This document shows, one piece after another, positions 8,904-18,533 of a stretch of 64,000 bases of DNA. Origin of the DNA: an uncultured Planctomycetota bacterium (lineage in GTDB: Bacteria; Planctomycetota; PUPC01); assembly GCA_964385685.1 (NCBI GenBank), contig CAYLQD010000004.1, forward strand, positions 29,397-93,396, in the 5' to 3' direction. Every line of letters begins with the position of its first letter. Within the stretch, counting starts at the first letter, position 1. Both the position numbers and the translations under genes were made by a program. Under the pieces are notes generated by a model. The model did no database searches. It saw only the letters and a list, made by a program, of their open reading frames with translations, and was not told the origin of the DNA.

Positions 8904-10304
8904 GTGGAAGCCCTGCAGTTGCTCGTCGTGGACGACGACATCCTGATCCGCCGGAAGCTTGAGGACGAGCTTGCCAAGCGCGGATTCTGCGTCGACACGG
9001 CCAGCGCCGGGCAAGAAGCGCTCGAACGGCTCCGGGACAAGGCGTATGACGTCGTCCTTTTGGACCAGCGGCTGGAGGAGGGACCGAGCGGGCTCGAGGT
9101 GCTCAAGCAGGTTCGCGCCTTGGCCGATCCGCCCGAGGTCGTGCTGCTCACCGCCCACGGTTCTGTCAAAGACGCCGTCAGGGCGATGCAGCTTGGGGCC
9201 CGGGACTATGTCGAGAAGCCGTGCGATTTCGACCAGCTCGAGCTGGTGCTGAAGCGGGCGGGCGAGGTCCGCCGGCTGTCGTCGGAGGTCTCGCTGTTGC
9301 GCGGGGCGCTCGGCCGGCAGTCCGTGCCGCCCCTCACGGTCGGCTCCGCCGAAATGCAGAAGGTGATGGCCATCATCGAGCGGGCGGCACCGACCGACTC
9401 GACGGTCCTGATCGAGGGCGAGACGGGGACGGGAAAGGAGCTGGTCGCCCACGAACTCTATCGCCGCAGCCGGCGCCGGGACAAGCCGTTCTTGCCGGTC
9501 AATTGCGGAGCGCTACAGGAGCAGCTTCTTGAAAGCGAGCTTTTCGGGCACGAGAAAGGCGCGTTCACCGGCGCGGCCGAGATGAGACATGGCCTCTTCG
9601 AGGTGGCCGATGGGGGCACCTTGTTCCTCGACGAAATCGGTGAGATGCACCCGAACACACAGGTGCGACTGCTGCGCGTACTCCAGTCCGGCGAAGTGCG
9701 TCGCGTCGGCGGCAATCAGGTTCGGCATGTCAATGTGCGCGTCATTGCCTCAACGAACAAGGACCTCTCGGCGGAGACGAGTAAGGGGATGTTCCGCGAA
9801 GACCTGTTCTATCGGCTGAGCGTGCTGACGTTGACGGTGCCGCCGCTACGTGACCGGAAGGAAGAGATCCCGGCTCTCGCCGAGTGCTTCGTGCGGAACG
9901 CGTGCGCGCGGCTCGGCGTCATGCCGAAGGACGTGTCGGACGAGGCGCTGGCCGTGCTTCTTGCGCACGACTGGCCCGGCAATGTGCGCGAGTTGGAGAA
10001 CGTCATCGAGCTGGCCGTCGTGTTCACCGACGGCGACGTGATCGGCCCGCTGGAGCTTTCCTCGCACGTCGAGCCGACCGGACAGGTGATTCCGTTGGGC
10101 GACTCCCCGCTGTCGCTGGAGCAGGTCGAGGCTCAGCATCTGCTGCGGGTCCTGAAAAAGAACGAGGGCAACAAGCGCAAGACGGCGCGGGACCTCGGGA
10201 TCGACACGAAGACGCTCTATAACAAGCTCAAGAAGTTCGAAGCTGCAGGTGTTAGGACCGAGTTTGGCAACGGCAAAAGTCCACGCCCGAAGCAGGGAGC
10301 GTAG
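8904..10304 (+). CDS. sigma-54-dependent response regulator (NtrC family: receiver + AAA+ sigma-54 activator + Fis-type HTH)
   Basis: GTG start. Receiver domain (LLVVDDD…D…K). GETGTGKE Walker A, GAFTGA sigma-54 contact motif, C-terminal HTH (RKTARDLGIDTKTLYNKLKK). Confidence 0.9.
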   Translation: MEALQLLVVDDDILIRRKLEDELAKRGFCVDTASAGQEALERLRDKAYDVVLLDQRLEEGPSGLEVLKQVRALADPPEVVLLTAHGSVKDAVRAMQLGARDYVEKPCDFDQLELVLKRAGEVRRLSSEVSLLRGALGRQSVPPLTVGSAEMQKVMAIIERAAPTDSTVLIEGETGTGKELVAHELYRRSRRRDKPFLPVNCGALQEQLLESELFGHEKGAFTGAAEMRHGLFEVADGGTLFLDEIGEMHPNTQVRLLRVLQSGEVRRVGGNQVRHVNVRVIASTNKDLSAETSKGMFREDLFYRLSVLTLTVPPLRDRKEEIPALAECFVRNACARLGVMPKDVSDEALAVLLAHDWPGNVRELENVIELAVVFTDGDVIGPLELSSHVEPTGQVIPLGDSPLSLEQVEAQHLLRVLKKNEGNKRKTARDLGIDTKTLYNKLKKFEAAGVRTEFGNGKSPRPKQGA

Positions 10305-10504
10305 GGATTTTCCTTGCTGGCACGAGTTGCCTCGGCAAAGACCCTGAAATCGTAGGTGGTTATAACTCTCGCGCCCACAGAGAATTGAGGCAGTTTTTCG
10401 GTTTTGTGCCCGGATTTCTGCATCAATCGGCACAGAATGTGCTTTGGGAGAGCCGTCAGGCCCCTGTTTTCAGCCTGTTCTCCCTGGCCTTAGCGGTGGA
10501 GGCG

Positions 10505-10948
10505 ATGGAGGAAGAGACAGATAGAATGACGCTGGACGAGCTCTTTCGGGAGGTCGTCTCGCAGATGGCCGTCGGACTTGGCCGTTTTGCCCAGGCCGTT
10601 CGCTCCGGGGCTCCCAGCCCCGACAGTTGCGAAGAGGCCCACGGAATCGCCCACAGTCTGCACGGGTCCGGCAAGCTATACGGCTATCCCTGCGTCAGCG
10701 AGTTGGGGGCCGCTCTCGAAAAGCTCGTCAATGCCGTGCGACAGGGATATGCAGATCCGACCGCCGCGCTCGCAAGTCTATTCGATGCCTGTTCGGCCGC
10801 ACTGCTCGCGCTCTGCGAGGAGGACGCGTCGAACGAAGACGCCCGCTCGCGAGTTCGTGATCTGACGTGGGAGTCTGAGTGCGTCCTGCACGCGAGCCCC
10901 GCCCGCCCGGGCGCGTCGGGCTCACCCGCCTCTACATCTTCGGTCTGA
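10505..10948 (+). CDS. Hpt (histidine phosphotransfer) domain protein
   Basis: EAHGIAHSLHGSGKLYGYPCVSELGAALEKL matches the Hpt HxLKGSS…LGA…L motif. Maximal ORF starts at 10385, but its first ~40 codons look non-coding; start placed at ATG 10505 (alternative 10526). Confidence 0.5.
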   Translation: MEEETDRMTLDELFREVVSQMAVGLGRFAQAVRSGAPSPDSCEEAHGIAHSLHGSGKLYGYPCVSELGAALEKLVNAVRQGYADPTAALASLFDACSAALLALCEEDASNEDARSRVRDLTWESECVLHASPARPGASGSPASTSSV

Positions 10949-12008
10949 AGTCCGTCTTGCCTTTCATCCCGACGACGGTCGCCGCCAGCAGCTTGGCCGA
11001 GTTCTCAACGTCCTTGAGTCCGACGACTTCGACCGGCGTGTGCATGTAGCGATTGGGTACGCTGACGAGCGCCGCCGCGACACCCGCCCGTGTCATCTGG
11101 ATCACGTTCGCGTCGGTTCCGGTCGCGCGCGAAATCCCCTCGATCTGATACGGGATCTTGTGTTTCTTGGCAGCATCGACCAGCATCTTGCCGAGCACGG
11201 CGTTGATGTTCGGGCCCTTCGCGATGACGGGTCCCTTTCCGATGGCTATGTCACCTGTCAGGTTCTTGTCGGCCGTGGGGTAGTCGGTGGCGAATCCCAT
11301 GTCGACCGCGATGCCGGCGTGCGGGTCGATGCCGTGGGCGCTCACCTTCGCGCCGCGCAGCCCCAGTTCCTCCTGCGTCGTTGCCACGCCATAGGCCGCG
11401 ACACGAAGCTTCTTCTTCTGGCGGGCGAGCAGCCGCATGGCCTCGGCGACGATAAAGGCCCCCACGCGGTCGTCGCACGCTCGCCCGACGACGAGATCGT
11501 TTCGGAGCCGCCGGAAGTTGGCCTCGACGGTGACGTAGTCGCCAATGGCGACGGCCTTCTCCGCGTCCTTCCGGTTCCTGGCTCCGATGTCGATCCAGAG
11601 CTCGTGGAGTTTCGGCCCCTCGTTCGGCTTGGCGCCGCTCTTCGAGATGAGGTGGATGGCGGGCCGCCCGACGACGCCGCACACCGGCCCACGCTCGTTG
11701 TGAATCAGGACCCGCTGCCCGAGCACGGTGATGGGCTCGAACCCACCGACGGCGCTGAAGTAGATGTACCCCTCGTTCGTGATGTTCGTGATCATCATGC
11801 CGATCTCGTCGCAGTGCCCCGCGAGCATCACGCGCGTCTCGGCGTCGGGGTTGATCACGCCGATAACGTTGCCGAGCACGTCGGCCCGCACGTCGTCGCA
11901 GAACGTGCGCAGGCGCTGAGCGATCAGCCGGCCGACCGGTTGCTCGAACCCGGACGGGCTCGGAGCATCGAGTATCCTCTGGAGGAGCGTCAGGGAGTCC
12001 TTGTTCAT
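10932..12008 (-). CDS. M42-family metallopeptidase (FrvX/aminopeptidase/endoglucanase-like)
   Basis: Motifs HCDEIG, CDDRVG, EE…G, typical of M42. AAGGAG Shine-Dalgarno 7 nt ahead of ATG 12008. Confidence 0.85.
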   Translation of the reverse strand: MNKDSLTLLQRILDAPSPSGFEQPVGRLIAQRLRTFCDDVRADVLGNVIGVINPDAETRVMLAGHCDEIGMMITNITNEGYIYFSAVGGFEPITVLGQRVLIHNERGPVCGVVGRPAIHLISKSGAKPNEGPKLHELWIDIGARNRKDAEKAVAIGDYVTVEANFRRLRNDLVVGRACDDRVGAFIVAEAMRLLARQKKKLRVAAYGVATTQEELGLRGAKVSAHGIDPHAGIAVDMGFATDYPTADKNLTGDIAIGKGPVIAKGPNINAVLGKMLVDAAKKHKIPYQIEGISRATGTDANVIQMTRAGVAAALVSVPNRYMHTPVEVVGLKDVENSAKLLAATVVGMKGKTDFRPKM

Positions 12009-12035
12009 CGGGTTCTCCTTGCGTGGCACACGTGT

Positions 12036-12803
12036 TCACTGACCCGTCAACAGGCGGGTGCCGCACCAGTCGGGCAGTCCCTTGATGTTCTTGACCTTCT
12101 CGCATGTGGCTTCCGCGTCGTAGGGCACGCGGTGATGCTCAATCGTGTCGCCGTCGAAGACCGCGTAACACGCGTCCCGGTTGCGGTCGCGCGGTTGGCC
12201 GACGCTTCCGACGTTGCAGATAACCTTTTCTTTGTCGGGCAGTCGGAAGACGCCGTCGACCTCCTCGGGGGACAGGAACTCTCCGCCCTCGGTGAAGACT
12301 CCGGCGAGGTGTGTGTGGCCGACAAAGCAGACGCGCTCGACAAGCTCAAAGCAGGCGAGCAGCTTCTCGGAGATCTCGCCCAGCAGCGGGTCGACCTCTG
12401 AAGGGAGCAGGTACTCGCTCGTCGGCTCGCGGGGCGACGCGTGTACGAGCAGCATCCCGTCCTCTTCGTGCCGAAGCGGGAGCGCCTCCATGAATTCCCA
12501 GTTCGCCTGCTTGTCCCTGGCGCCGCGTCCTTCCGGTTTCAGCACGGAGTTCGTCCACACCGCGGCCTCGGCTGCGACGGGGTTGAACCCGATCGGCTCG
12601 TGCAGCACGGCCTCCTCGTGGTTGCCCATCAGAGCCAGGTCGAGGCGGCGGACGATATCGAGGCACTCCGCGGGGTTCGGGCCATAGTTGACGACGTCGC
12701 CGAGGCATAGGACGCGGTCCACGCCGCGGGGCTCGACGTCGGCGAGCACGGCCTGGAGCGCCTCGATGTTCGAGTGGATATCGGAGATGAACGCGGTCTT
12801 CAT
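12036..12803 (-). CDS. metallophosphoesterase (calcineurin-like phosphodiesterase, YfcE-like)
   Basis: DIHSN…GDVVNYGP…GNHE…GHTH motifs. Start overlaps the kdsA stop (ATGA). Confidence 0.8.
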   Translation of the reverse strand: MKTAFISDIHSNIEALQAVLADVEPRGVDRVLCLGDVVNYGPNPAECLDIVRRLDLALMGNHEEAVLHEPIGFNPVAAEAAVWTNSVLKPEGRGARDKQANWEFMEALPLRHEEDGMLLVHASPREPTSEYLLPSEVDPLLGEISEKLLACFELVERVCFVGHTHLAGVFTEGGEFLSPEEVDGVFRLPDKEKVICNVGSVGQPRDRNRDACYAVFDGDTIEHHRVPYDAEATCEKVKNIKGLPDWCGTRLLTGQ

Positions 12804-13639
12804 TCGGAGATTCCGCCGGTGGGAGTGATCGCAGCACGGATGCGAACGGCCTCGGCCAGGAGCGCCGCCAGGTCGTCGAGTGGGAGCATGCTCGCCGCGT
12901 CGCTAAGGGCCTTCTCCGGCTCGGGATGGACCTCGAGGAAGAGCGCGTCGGCACCGGCGGCGACGGCCGCCCGAGCGAGCGTCGGGATCATCTCGCGCTG
13001 CCCGCCCGACGCACTGCCCGCGCCGCCCGGAAGCTGCACGCTGTGGGTCGCGTCGTAGACAACGGGATAGCCGAGGGCCTGCATCATCGGGATCGACCGG
13101 AGATCGCTCACAAGGTTGTTGTACCCGAAGGACGAGCCGCGCTCCGTCAGCAGCAGTTGCCTGTTGCCGGTCGACTCGGCCTTGGCGACAACATGCTTCA
13201 TATCCCACGGGGCAAGGAACTGACCTTTCTTCAGGTTGACCGGCTTGCCGGTTTGCGCTGCGGCGACAACGAGGTCCGTCTGGCGGCACAGGAACGCGGG
13301 GATCTGCAGCACGTCGAGCACCTCGGCAGCCCGCTGCGCCTCAGCCGGCTCGTGCACGTCGGAAAGCACCGGGCAGCCGACGGCATCGCGCACGTTCGCG
13401 AGGACGTCGAGCCCCGCGTCGATGCCCGGTCCCCGGTACGAATCAATGGCGGTCCGGTTCGCCTTGTCGTATGACGCCTTGAAGATGAATGGCACGTTCG
13501 CGTCGGCGCAGATCGCAGCCAGACGCTTCGCGATCTCCATCGTCAGCGTGGCGTCTTCAATCACGCACGGGCCCGCGATGAGAGCGAGCGAGTCGCCGCC
13601 AAATTGCACGCCCGACACATCCACCGTCTGCATCCGCAC
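12800..13639 (-). CDS. kdsA: 3-deoxy-8-phosphooctulonate (KDO-8-P) synthase
   Basis: 279 aa. LIAGPCVIE, ASYDKANRT, PAFLCRQTDL and TERG motifs characteristic of KdsA. Confidence 0.9.
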   Translation of the reverse strand: MRMQTVDVSGVQFGGDSLALIAGPCVIEDATLTMEIAKRLAAICADANVPFIFKASYDKANRTAIDSYRGPGIDAGLDVLANVRDAVGCPVLSDVHEPAEAQRAAEVLDVLQIPAFLCRQTDLVVAAAQTGKPVNLKKGQFLAPWDMKHVVAKAESTGNRQLLLTERGSSFGYNNLVSDLRSIPMMQALGYPVVYDATHSVQLPGGAGSASGGQREMIPTLARAAVAAGADALFLEVHPEPEKALSDAASMLPLDDLAALLAEAVRIRAAITPTGGISE

Positions 13640-13643
13640 CTCC

Positions 13644-15425
13644 TCAGCGGCGCTGGAACTGCCGTTCGAGTTCGGAGAACGGAAAGAATATACACACCGG
13701 CCGCCCGTGCGGACAAGTGTCTCTTTCAGTTAATCCCCTGCTCTTCTCAAGGAGCGACCGCATCTCGGAGTCGGTCAGCCGGTCGCCGGCCTTCACGGCC
13801 GCTTTGCAGGCGATGAGTTTCGCGGCCGCGAGGCGCTTCTCCTCGACGGGTGTTTCGCGTTTGTCGCCGCCGAACTCCGCGAGAAAATCGTGCAGAAGTC
13901 CTTCGGAGCTGCCTTCCCCCAGCACGGCCGGAACGGCGCTCACCGCGACCGCGTCCTGACCGAACGCCGCGAGGTGGACTCCGAGTGCGGCAAGGTTGTC
14001 TTTCTCGGCGGTCAGCAGCGCGACCTCGGGCTTGCTGAGATCGACGACGGCCGGGATGAGAAGCTGTTGGCTCTCGAGCGGCGCCCGTTCGAGCCGCTCC
14101 TGAATCTCCTCGAAGATGACGCGTTCGTGGAGCGCGTGCTGATCGATCAGTGCGATGCCGTCGGAGCGCTCCTCGCAGATATAGGTGTTCGCGATCTGGA
14201 AAAGGGGCGGCCTGCTGTCGACGGGCGGCTGAGGTCCGAAGGACGGTGCGGGGGCCGCGAGCCGTTCGGAGCCCGTCGAGCCCGCGACCGCTGACGTTCG
14301 GGCGCCGCGGCGCCGGGATACGTCAAGGAGCGGCCCATCCGCCCCTGAGAGCGGCAGCTCGGGCTGCGTCCGGCGCTCGGGCCAGGTCGGAGCCGTACCT
14401 CGCGGAGCGACTGCGTCTTCGAACACGGGCTCGAGGTCCGCACCGCGCAGCGCCTCTCGTACCGCGTTCAACACGGTCTTGTAGACAACTTGGCCCTGCT
14501 GGAACCGCACCTCAATCTTCGTGGGATGCACGTTCACGTCGACTTCGCGCGGGTCGGCCTGCAGGAAGATGAAAGCGACCGGATAGCGGCCGCGGATGAG
14601 CACGCCTTCGTAAGCCGACGCGATCGCGTGCGAGATGCGACGGTCGCGGACGTAGCGTCCGTTGACGAACGTGAGCTGCATCTTTGCGTTCGAACGCGCC
14701 TGCGACGGCGGAGCCGCGAACCCCGTCACGTGGACCGGCCCCTCGCCCGAGTCCACCTCGATGAGCGCGTCGGCCAACTCGCGGCCGTACAGCTCGGCGA
14801 GCCGGCGGCGGCGTTCGGTCGTCGCGTGGACGCCAAGCGTCTCGCGCCCGTTGTGACTCAGCTTGAACGCAACGGCGGGATTCGCGAGCGCGACACGCGA
14901 GACGAAGTCGACGATGTGGGCGTACTCCGTGCTCGCGCTCTTGAGGAACTTGCGCCGGGCGGGGACGTTGAAGAAGAGATCGGCGACCTCGACCGTCGTG
15001 CCTTCCGGGGCGCCGACCGCCCGCGCCGCCTCGGCGGCGCCGCCGTTGACCTCGACTTCGGCCCCTTCGACCGCGTCCTGGAGCCGCGAGACGATCCGCG
15101 CGTGGCCGACGGCGCCGATGCTGGCGAGCGCCTCGCCGCGGAAGCCGAGCGTACCGATGAAAAAAAGGTCCTCGCCCGTCTTCAGCTTGCTGGTCGCGTG
15201 GCTGCCGAAGGCGAGCGCCACGTCGTCGGGCGCCATGCCGAATCCGTCATCGATCACGCGGATGAGCTTCTTGCCGCCGTCCTCGATCTCGATCGTGACG
15301 GACGCCGCCTGCGCGTCGAGCGAGTTCTCGACCAGCTCCTTGACGACGGAGGCCGGCCGCTCGATCACCTCACCGGCCGCGATCTTGTTGATGACCGTCT
15401 GTGGGAGAACGTTGATGACGCCCAT
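13644..15425 (-). CDS. mutL: DNA mismatch repair protein MutL
   Basis: N-terminal GHKL ATPase motifs (IAAGEVIERPASVVKELVENSLDA, DDGFGM) and a MutL C-terminal dimerisation region. 593 aa. Confidence 0.9.
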   Translation of the reverse strand: MGVINVLPQTVINKIAAGEVIERPASVVKELVENSLDAQAASVTIEIEDGGKKLIRVIDDGFGMAPDDVALAFGSHATSKLKTGEDLFFIGTLGFRGEALASIGAVGHARIVSRLQDAVEGAEVEVNGGAAEAARAVGAPEGTTVEVADLFFNVPARRKFLKSASTEYAHIVDFVSRVALANPAVAFKLSHNGRETLGVHATTERRRRLAELYGRELADALIEVDSGEGPVHVTGFAAPPSQARSNAKMQLTFVNGRYVRDRRISHAIASAYEGVLIRGRYPVAFIFLQADPREVDVNVHPTKIEVRFQQGQVVYKTVLNAVREALRGADLEPVFEDAVAPRGTAPTWPERRTQPELPLSGADGPLLDVSRRRGARTSAVAGSTGSERLAAPAPSFGPQPPVDSRPPLFQIANTYICEERSDGIALIDQHALHERVIFEEIQERLERAPLESQQLLIPAVVDLSKPEVALLTAEKDNLAALGVHLAAFGQDAVAVSAVPAVLGEGSSEGLLHDFLAEFGGDKRETPVEEKRLAAAKLIACKAAVKAGDRLTDSEMRSLLEKSRGLTERDTCPHGRPVCIFFPFSELERQFQRR

Positions 15426-15473
15426 GCGGCGATTCTACGCGATGGCCGCGCGGCGGTCAAGGGCGGCAATAAC

Positions 15474-15502
15474 TTGACGTGGGGCCGCCCGAAGCCCATA
15501 AT
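15474..15502 (+). promoter_or_regulatory. sigma-70-like promoter candidate (TTGACG-N17-CATAAT)
   Basis: TTGACG at 15474-15479 and CATAAT at 15497-15502, ~30 nt upstream of the small ORF at 15532. Confidence 0.3.
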
Positions 15503-15531
15503 CAGGTAGGGGCAGATTCAGGCGGTCTGGA

Positions 15532-15879
15532 ATGAACACTCGCATCAGCCGGGCTCTTGCAGTTCTTGCGGCGCTGAACGCGCTATTCCTTGCGCATGCG
15601 ACGCATCCGCTGATTCACCGCCAATGCCGTCCCTCCGCGAATGACCTGCCGGTCCGCGTTCGAGCCACGTCTGCGACGGAGGCAGTTCACGACCACGACG
15701 CGGCCGACAACCGGTGCCCGATCTGTCACTTCCTCGATTCGTCGAAGGCTGCGGAACCGCTCGACGCTCGCGCGGTCACTGCCACACAGATCGAGCGCCG
15801 CCGGCTGCCGGCAACTCCCGCGGCTCGCGTTCGTGCTGTCCCCTCTCCTCTCGGTCCCCGCGCCCCACCCCACGCCTAG
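15532..15879 (+). CDS. hypothetical small secreted protein with a single CXXCH motif
   Basis: 115 aa. N-terminal signal-like segment MNTRISRALAVLAALNALFLAHA. CPICH (CXXCH) at residues ~62-66. A promoter-like element sits just upstream. Codon bias is weaker than in neighbouring genes. Confidence 0.3.
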   Translation: MNTRISRALAVLAALNALFLAHATHPLIHRQCRPSANDLPVRVRATSATEAVHDHDAADNRCPICHFLDSSKAAEPLDARAVTATQIERRRLPATPAARVRAVPSPLGPRAPPHA

Positions 15880-15953
15880 TCGCCCCCGGATCAAGATGAT
15901 TCCATGCAGGCGCACTGCGCTCGCGTGCGCCGACCACGGAAGGAGAAAGGACA

Positions 15954-16628
15954 ATGTCGCCAGAGCGCTTGTTCACGACAATCAGAACGGGCTTCACGAT
16001 CATCGAGCTGCTCGTCGTTATCGCCATCATCGCCATTCTGGCCGGGCTGCTCATTCCGGCACTGGGCAAGGCACGCGCCATGGCTCGGCAGACGACCTGC
16101 ATAAACAATATGAAGCAAATCGGTGTCTCGATGCAGATGTACAGGAACCTTTGGGAGGGATACTTCCCGGTTGTCCATGGCGGGACCTACGACGCGCCGA
16201 CATCCTTGGGCTACGAGTGGTGGCACCTTATGGAGCCCGTGGGTCTCGAACGAGAACACATGCTGTGCCCGGGCGACCCCTTCCACAAGCAGGAGGACGT
16301 GGAGAGTTACATCTACAATGGCATGTTCGCGTTTTCCAAGAAAGAGGACTCGGTCAGGAACCTTTCCGGCCAGATCATTGTGTCGGAACGGGGCGACGAG
16401 GGCGACGTCCTCGCCCACCACGGCTACCCGGCCTGGAAGCCAGTGTCCGACTGGCAAGGCAAGATCAAGCACGACCGGCACGAGGGTACCGCGAACTATC
16501 TCTTCGCCGACGGACACGTCACGTCATATCTGTTCGAGGAGACGATCGGCCAAGAAGAAGACGGCGACGGCCACTGCAACGGCTCGAACATGCATTACGT
16601 CGCCGAGTTCGTTGGGTCCGCGGAATAG
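15954..16628 (+). CDS. prepilin-type N-terminal cleavage/methylation domain protein with DUF1559 (H-X9-DG) C-terminal domain
   Basis: [21 protein letters not shown] class-III signal/pilin motif right after a short leader. C-terminal [10 protein letters not shown] (H-X9-DG-type). GGAGAAAGG Shine-Dalgarno before the ATG. Confidence 0.85.
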   Translation: MSPERLFTTIRTGFTIIELLVVIAIIAILAGLLIPALGKARAMARQTTCINNMKQIGVSMQMYRNLWEGYFPVVHGGTYDAPTSLGYEWWHLMEPVGLEREHMLCPGDPFHKQEDVESYIYNGMFAFSKKEDSVRNLSGQIIVSERGDEGDVLAHHGYPAWKPVSDWQGKIKHDRHEGTANYLFADGHVTSYLFEETIGQEEDGDGHCNGSNMHYVAEFVGSAE

Positions 16629-16661
16629 GGCCTTCGGGCGGAGCAATTGAGCCGCTGCTCA

Positions 16662-17411
16662 CTACTTGCCGAGCTTCTTGGCTCTCGCGGCCGCGACCTT
16701 TGCGAGATCGGTGAGTGCCTTCCGCCGGGCCTCGAATTCGAGGTCTTCCTCGTCGATCAGCGCGACGGCCGTGACCTCGCTGTGCTCTCCGTAGCTCTCG
16801 AGGACGTGGTAGACGTAGCCGGTCTTCACGTCGAGGAGTACGGCCTGCGACACGGCCAGCGCCGAGCCCCGGCTCCCGGGCACGAAGAACGCCCCTACGA
16901 CGGTCATGTAGAAGAGCGAGAGGGCGTTTGGCTCATACTCGTAGCCCGCTTCGGTCGAGTAGATCAGCAGAGCATCCGCCTGCGCCCGTGCGGCCGCAAT
17001 CCGCAGCGTCTTCAGGTCCATATCGGCCGGCAGGTAGATGTCCGGAAGAAAATCGATCTCATCGAAGAGCCCGGTCTCTTCCAGGGCCGATTTCATCGCC
17101 TCGGCCGTCTCCTTGTGTAGAAGCAGTTGCTTGCGGGCGCTGCTGATGTTTGTCATCCCCGTGCTCGGGACCTCGTACAGCAGCACTCGCTTCGGCACGG
17201 GCCGCGACGGCCGCAGAGCCCGCAGCCGGTCGACCTCGGCCTGCGTATCCTTCTCCGTCAACCTGGCGCCCGGTTTTACCGGCCGCGTCTCCGCTGCGAC
17301 AATTCTCTTGAACGCCGAGCCCTTGTACGTCGGCTGGTGCGCGTAACCAGCACACCCGGCCGCAAGTCCCGACAGCACCAGCACAACCCCCAGCATTCGC
17401 CTTGCGATCAT
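16662..17411 (-). CDS. hypothetical lipoprotein
   Basis: Signal peptide with lipobox LAAGC. 249 aa. No recognisable catalytic motifs. Confidence 0.6.
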   Translation of the reverse strand: MIARRMLGVVLVLSGLAAGCAGYAHQPTYKGSAFKRIVAAETRPVKPGARLTEKDTQAEVDRLRALRPSRPVPKRVLLYEVPSTGMTNISSARKQLLLHKETAEAMKSALEETGLFDEIDFLPDIYLPADMDLKTLRIAAARAQADALLIYSTEAGYEYEPNALSLFYMTVVGAFFVPGSRGSALAVSQAVLLDVKTGYVYHVLESYGEHSEVTAVALIDEEDLEFEARRKALTDLAKVAAARAKKLGK

Positions 17412-17502
17412 CGTCTTCCCCTCCTAACTGCGAACAAACGTGTCATGCTCCCGCGCCTTCTTATACCCGCGCGCCCCCATCATGCGCAGAAATTGTCGGC
17501 GA

Positions 17503-18450
17503 TTACTCCGCGGCGGTCAGGATCCGTACGTGCGCGACGACGTCCTCCGCAAGCGAATCGAGGTCGTATCCCCCCTCGAGGACCGACACGAGCCGCCCGT
17601 CACAATATTTCGCGGCGATTCCGAGCACGACGTCCGTCAGCGCCTCGAAGTGGTCGGTCGTCACCATCAAGCCGCCGAGGTGATCTCGCTCGTCGGTGTC
17701 GAATCCCGCCGACACGACGACGAGGTCCGGCTTGAACGCGTCCGCCGCCGGCACGAGCTTCTCCTTGAACGCAGCGACGATATCGCGGCCAGGCGCCCCC
17801 GCCGGGAACGGGACGTTGATCGTTGATCCTTTGCCCTCGCCTCGGCCGGTCTCGTCCTCCCAGCCCGTGCCCGGATACCAGCCGGCTTGGTGCGTGCTGA
17901 AATACAGGACCGAGCCGTCCTCATAGAAGATGTCCTGGGTCCCGTTGCCGTGGTGCACGTCCCAGTCGGCGATGAGGACGCGCTCGAGCCCGTGTCGCTG
18001 CTGGGCGTAGCGGGCGGCGATGGCGGCGTTGTTGAAGATGCAGAAGCCCATCCCGCGGCTGCGGGTTGCGTGGTGCCCCGGCGGGCGGACGCAGCAGAAC
18101 GCATTCTTCACCTCGCCCGCGACGACCGCGTCGACGGCCCTCAGCCCTGCGCCCGCGGAGTAGAGAGCGACAGCGAACGAATCGCTCCGAATGCGTGTGT
18201 CGCCCGTGCTCAGGACGGGGCGGCCCGACTCCGCCTCGCGCTCGACCAGTTCGATGTAGCTGCGGTCGTGGCAGAGGGCGACCTCGTCGACGGTCGCCGG
18301 TGTCACGTCGATCGCCTTGATGTACGGATCCAGGGCCGCTCGACCGAGCGCCTCGACAATCGCGTCGCAACGGTCGGCGCGCTCCGGATGCCCCGCGCCC
18401 GTGTCGTGCGCTCGAAAGATCGGATCGTCAAGCCAGCCGGTCTTGCTCAC
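17503..18450 (-). CDS. histone deacetylase-family (acetoin utilisation/acetylpolyamine amidohydrolase-like) protein
   Basis: PPGHHA…, DWDVHHGNGTQ and GGY motifs of the arginase/deacetylase superfamily. Confidence 0.85.
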   Translation of the reverse strand: MSKTGWLDDPIFRAHDTGAGHPERADRCDAIVEALGRAALDPYIKAIDVTPATVDEVALCHDRSYIELVEREAESGRPVLSTGDTRIRSDSFAVALYSAGAGLRAVDAVVAGEVKNAFCCVRPPGHHATRSRGMGFCIFNNAAIAARYAQQRHGLERVLIADWDVHHGNGTQDIFYEDGSVLYFSTHQAGWYPGTGWEDETGRGEGKGSTINVPFPAGAPGRDIVAAFKEKLVPAADAFKPDLVVVSAGFDTDERDHLGGLMVTTDHFEALTDVVLGIAAKYCDGRLVSVLEGGYDLDSLAEDVVAHVRILTAAE

Positions 18451-18533
18451 CTCTGTCCTCGATAGGCGTCCTAATCGTAATCACAGTCCGAGTCATAGAC
18501 AAGGGTGATCCCGACGAGAGGCCGCCCAAACCC

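Noticed and set aside
10311-10325. TGGCACGAGTTGCC resembling a sigma-54 -24/-12 promoter
   Set aside because: The GG-to-GC spacing is 10 rather than the required 12. It is likely fortuitous.
11040-12401. 453-aa plus-strand ORF
   Set aside because: It is antisense to the M42 peptidase and metallophosphoesterase genes, both of which have strong motif support.
14490-15509. 339-aa plus-strand ORF
   Set aside because: It is antisense to mutL.
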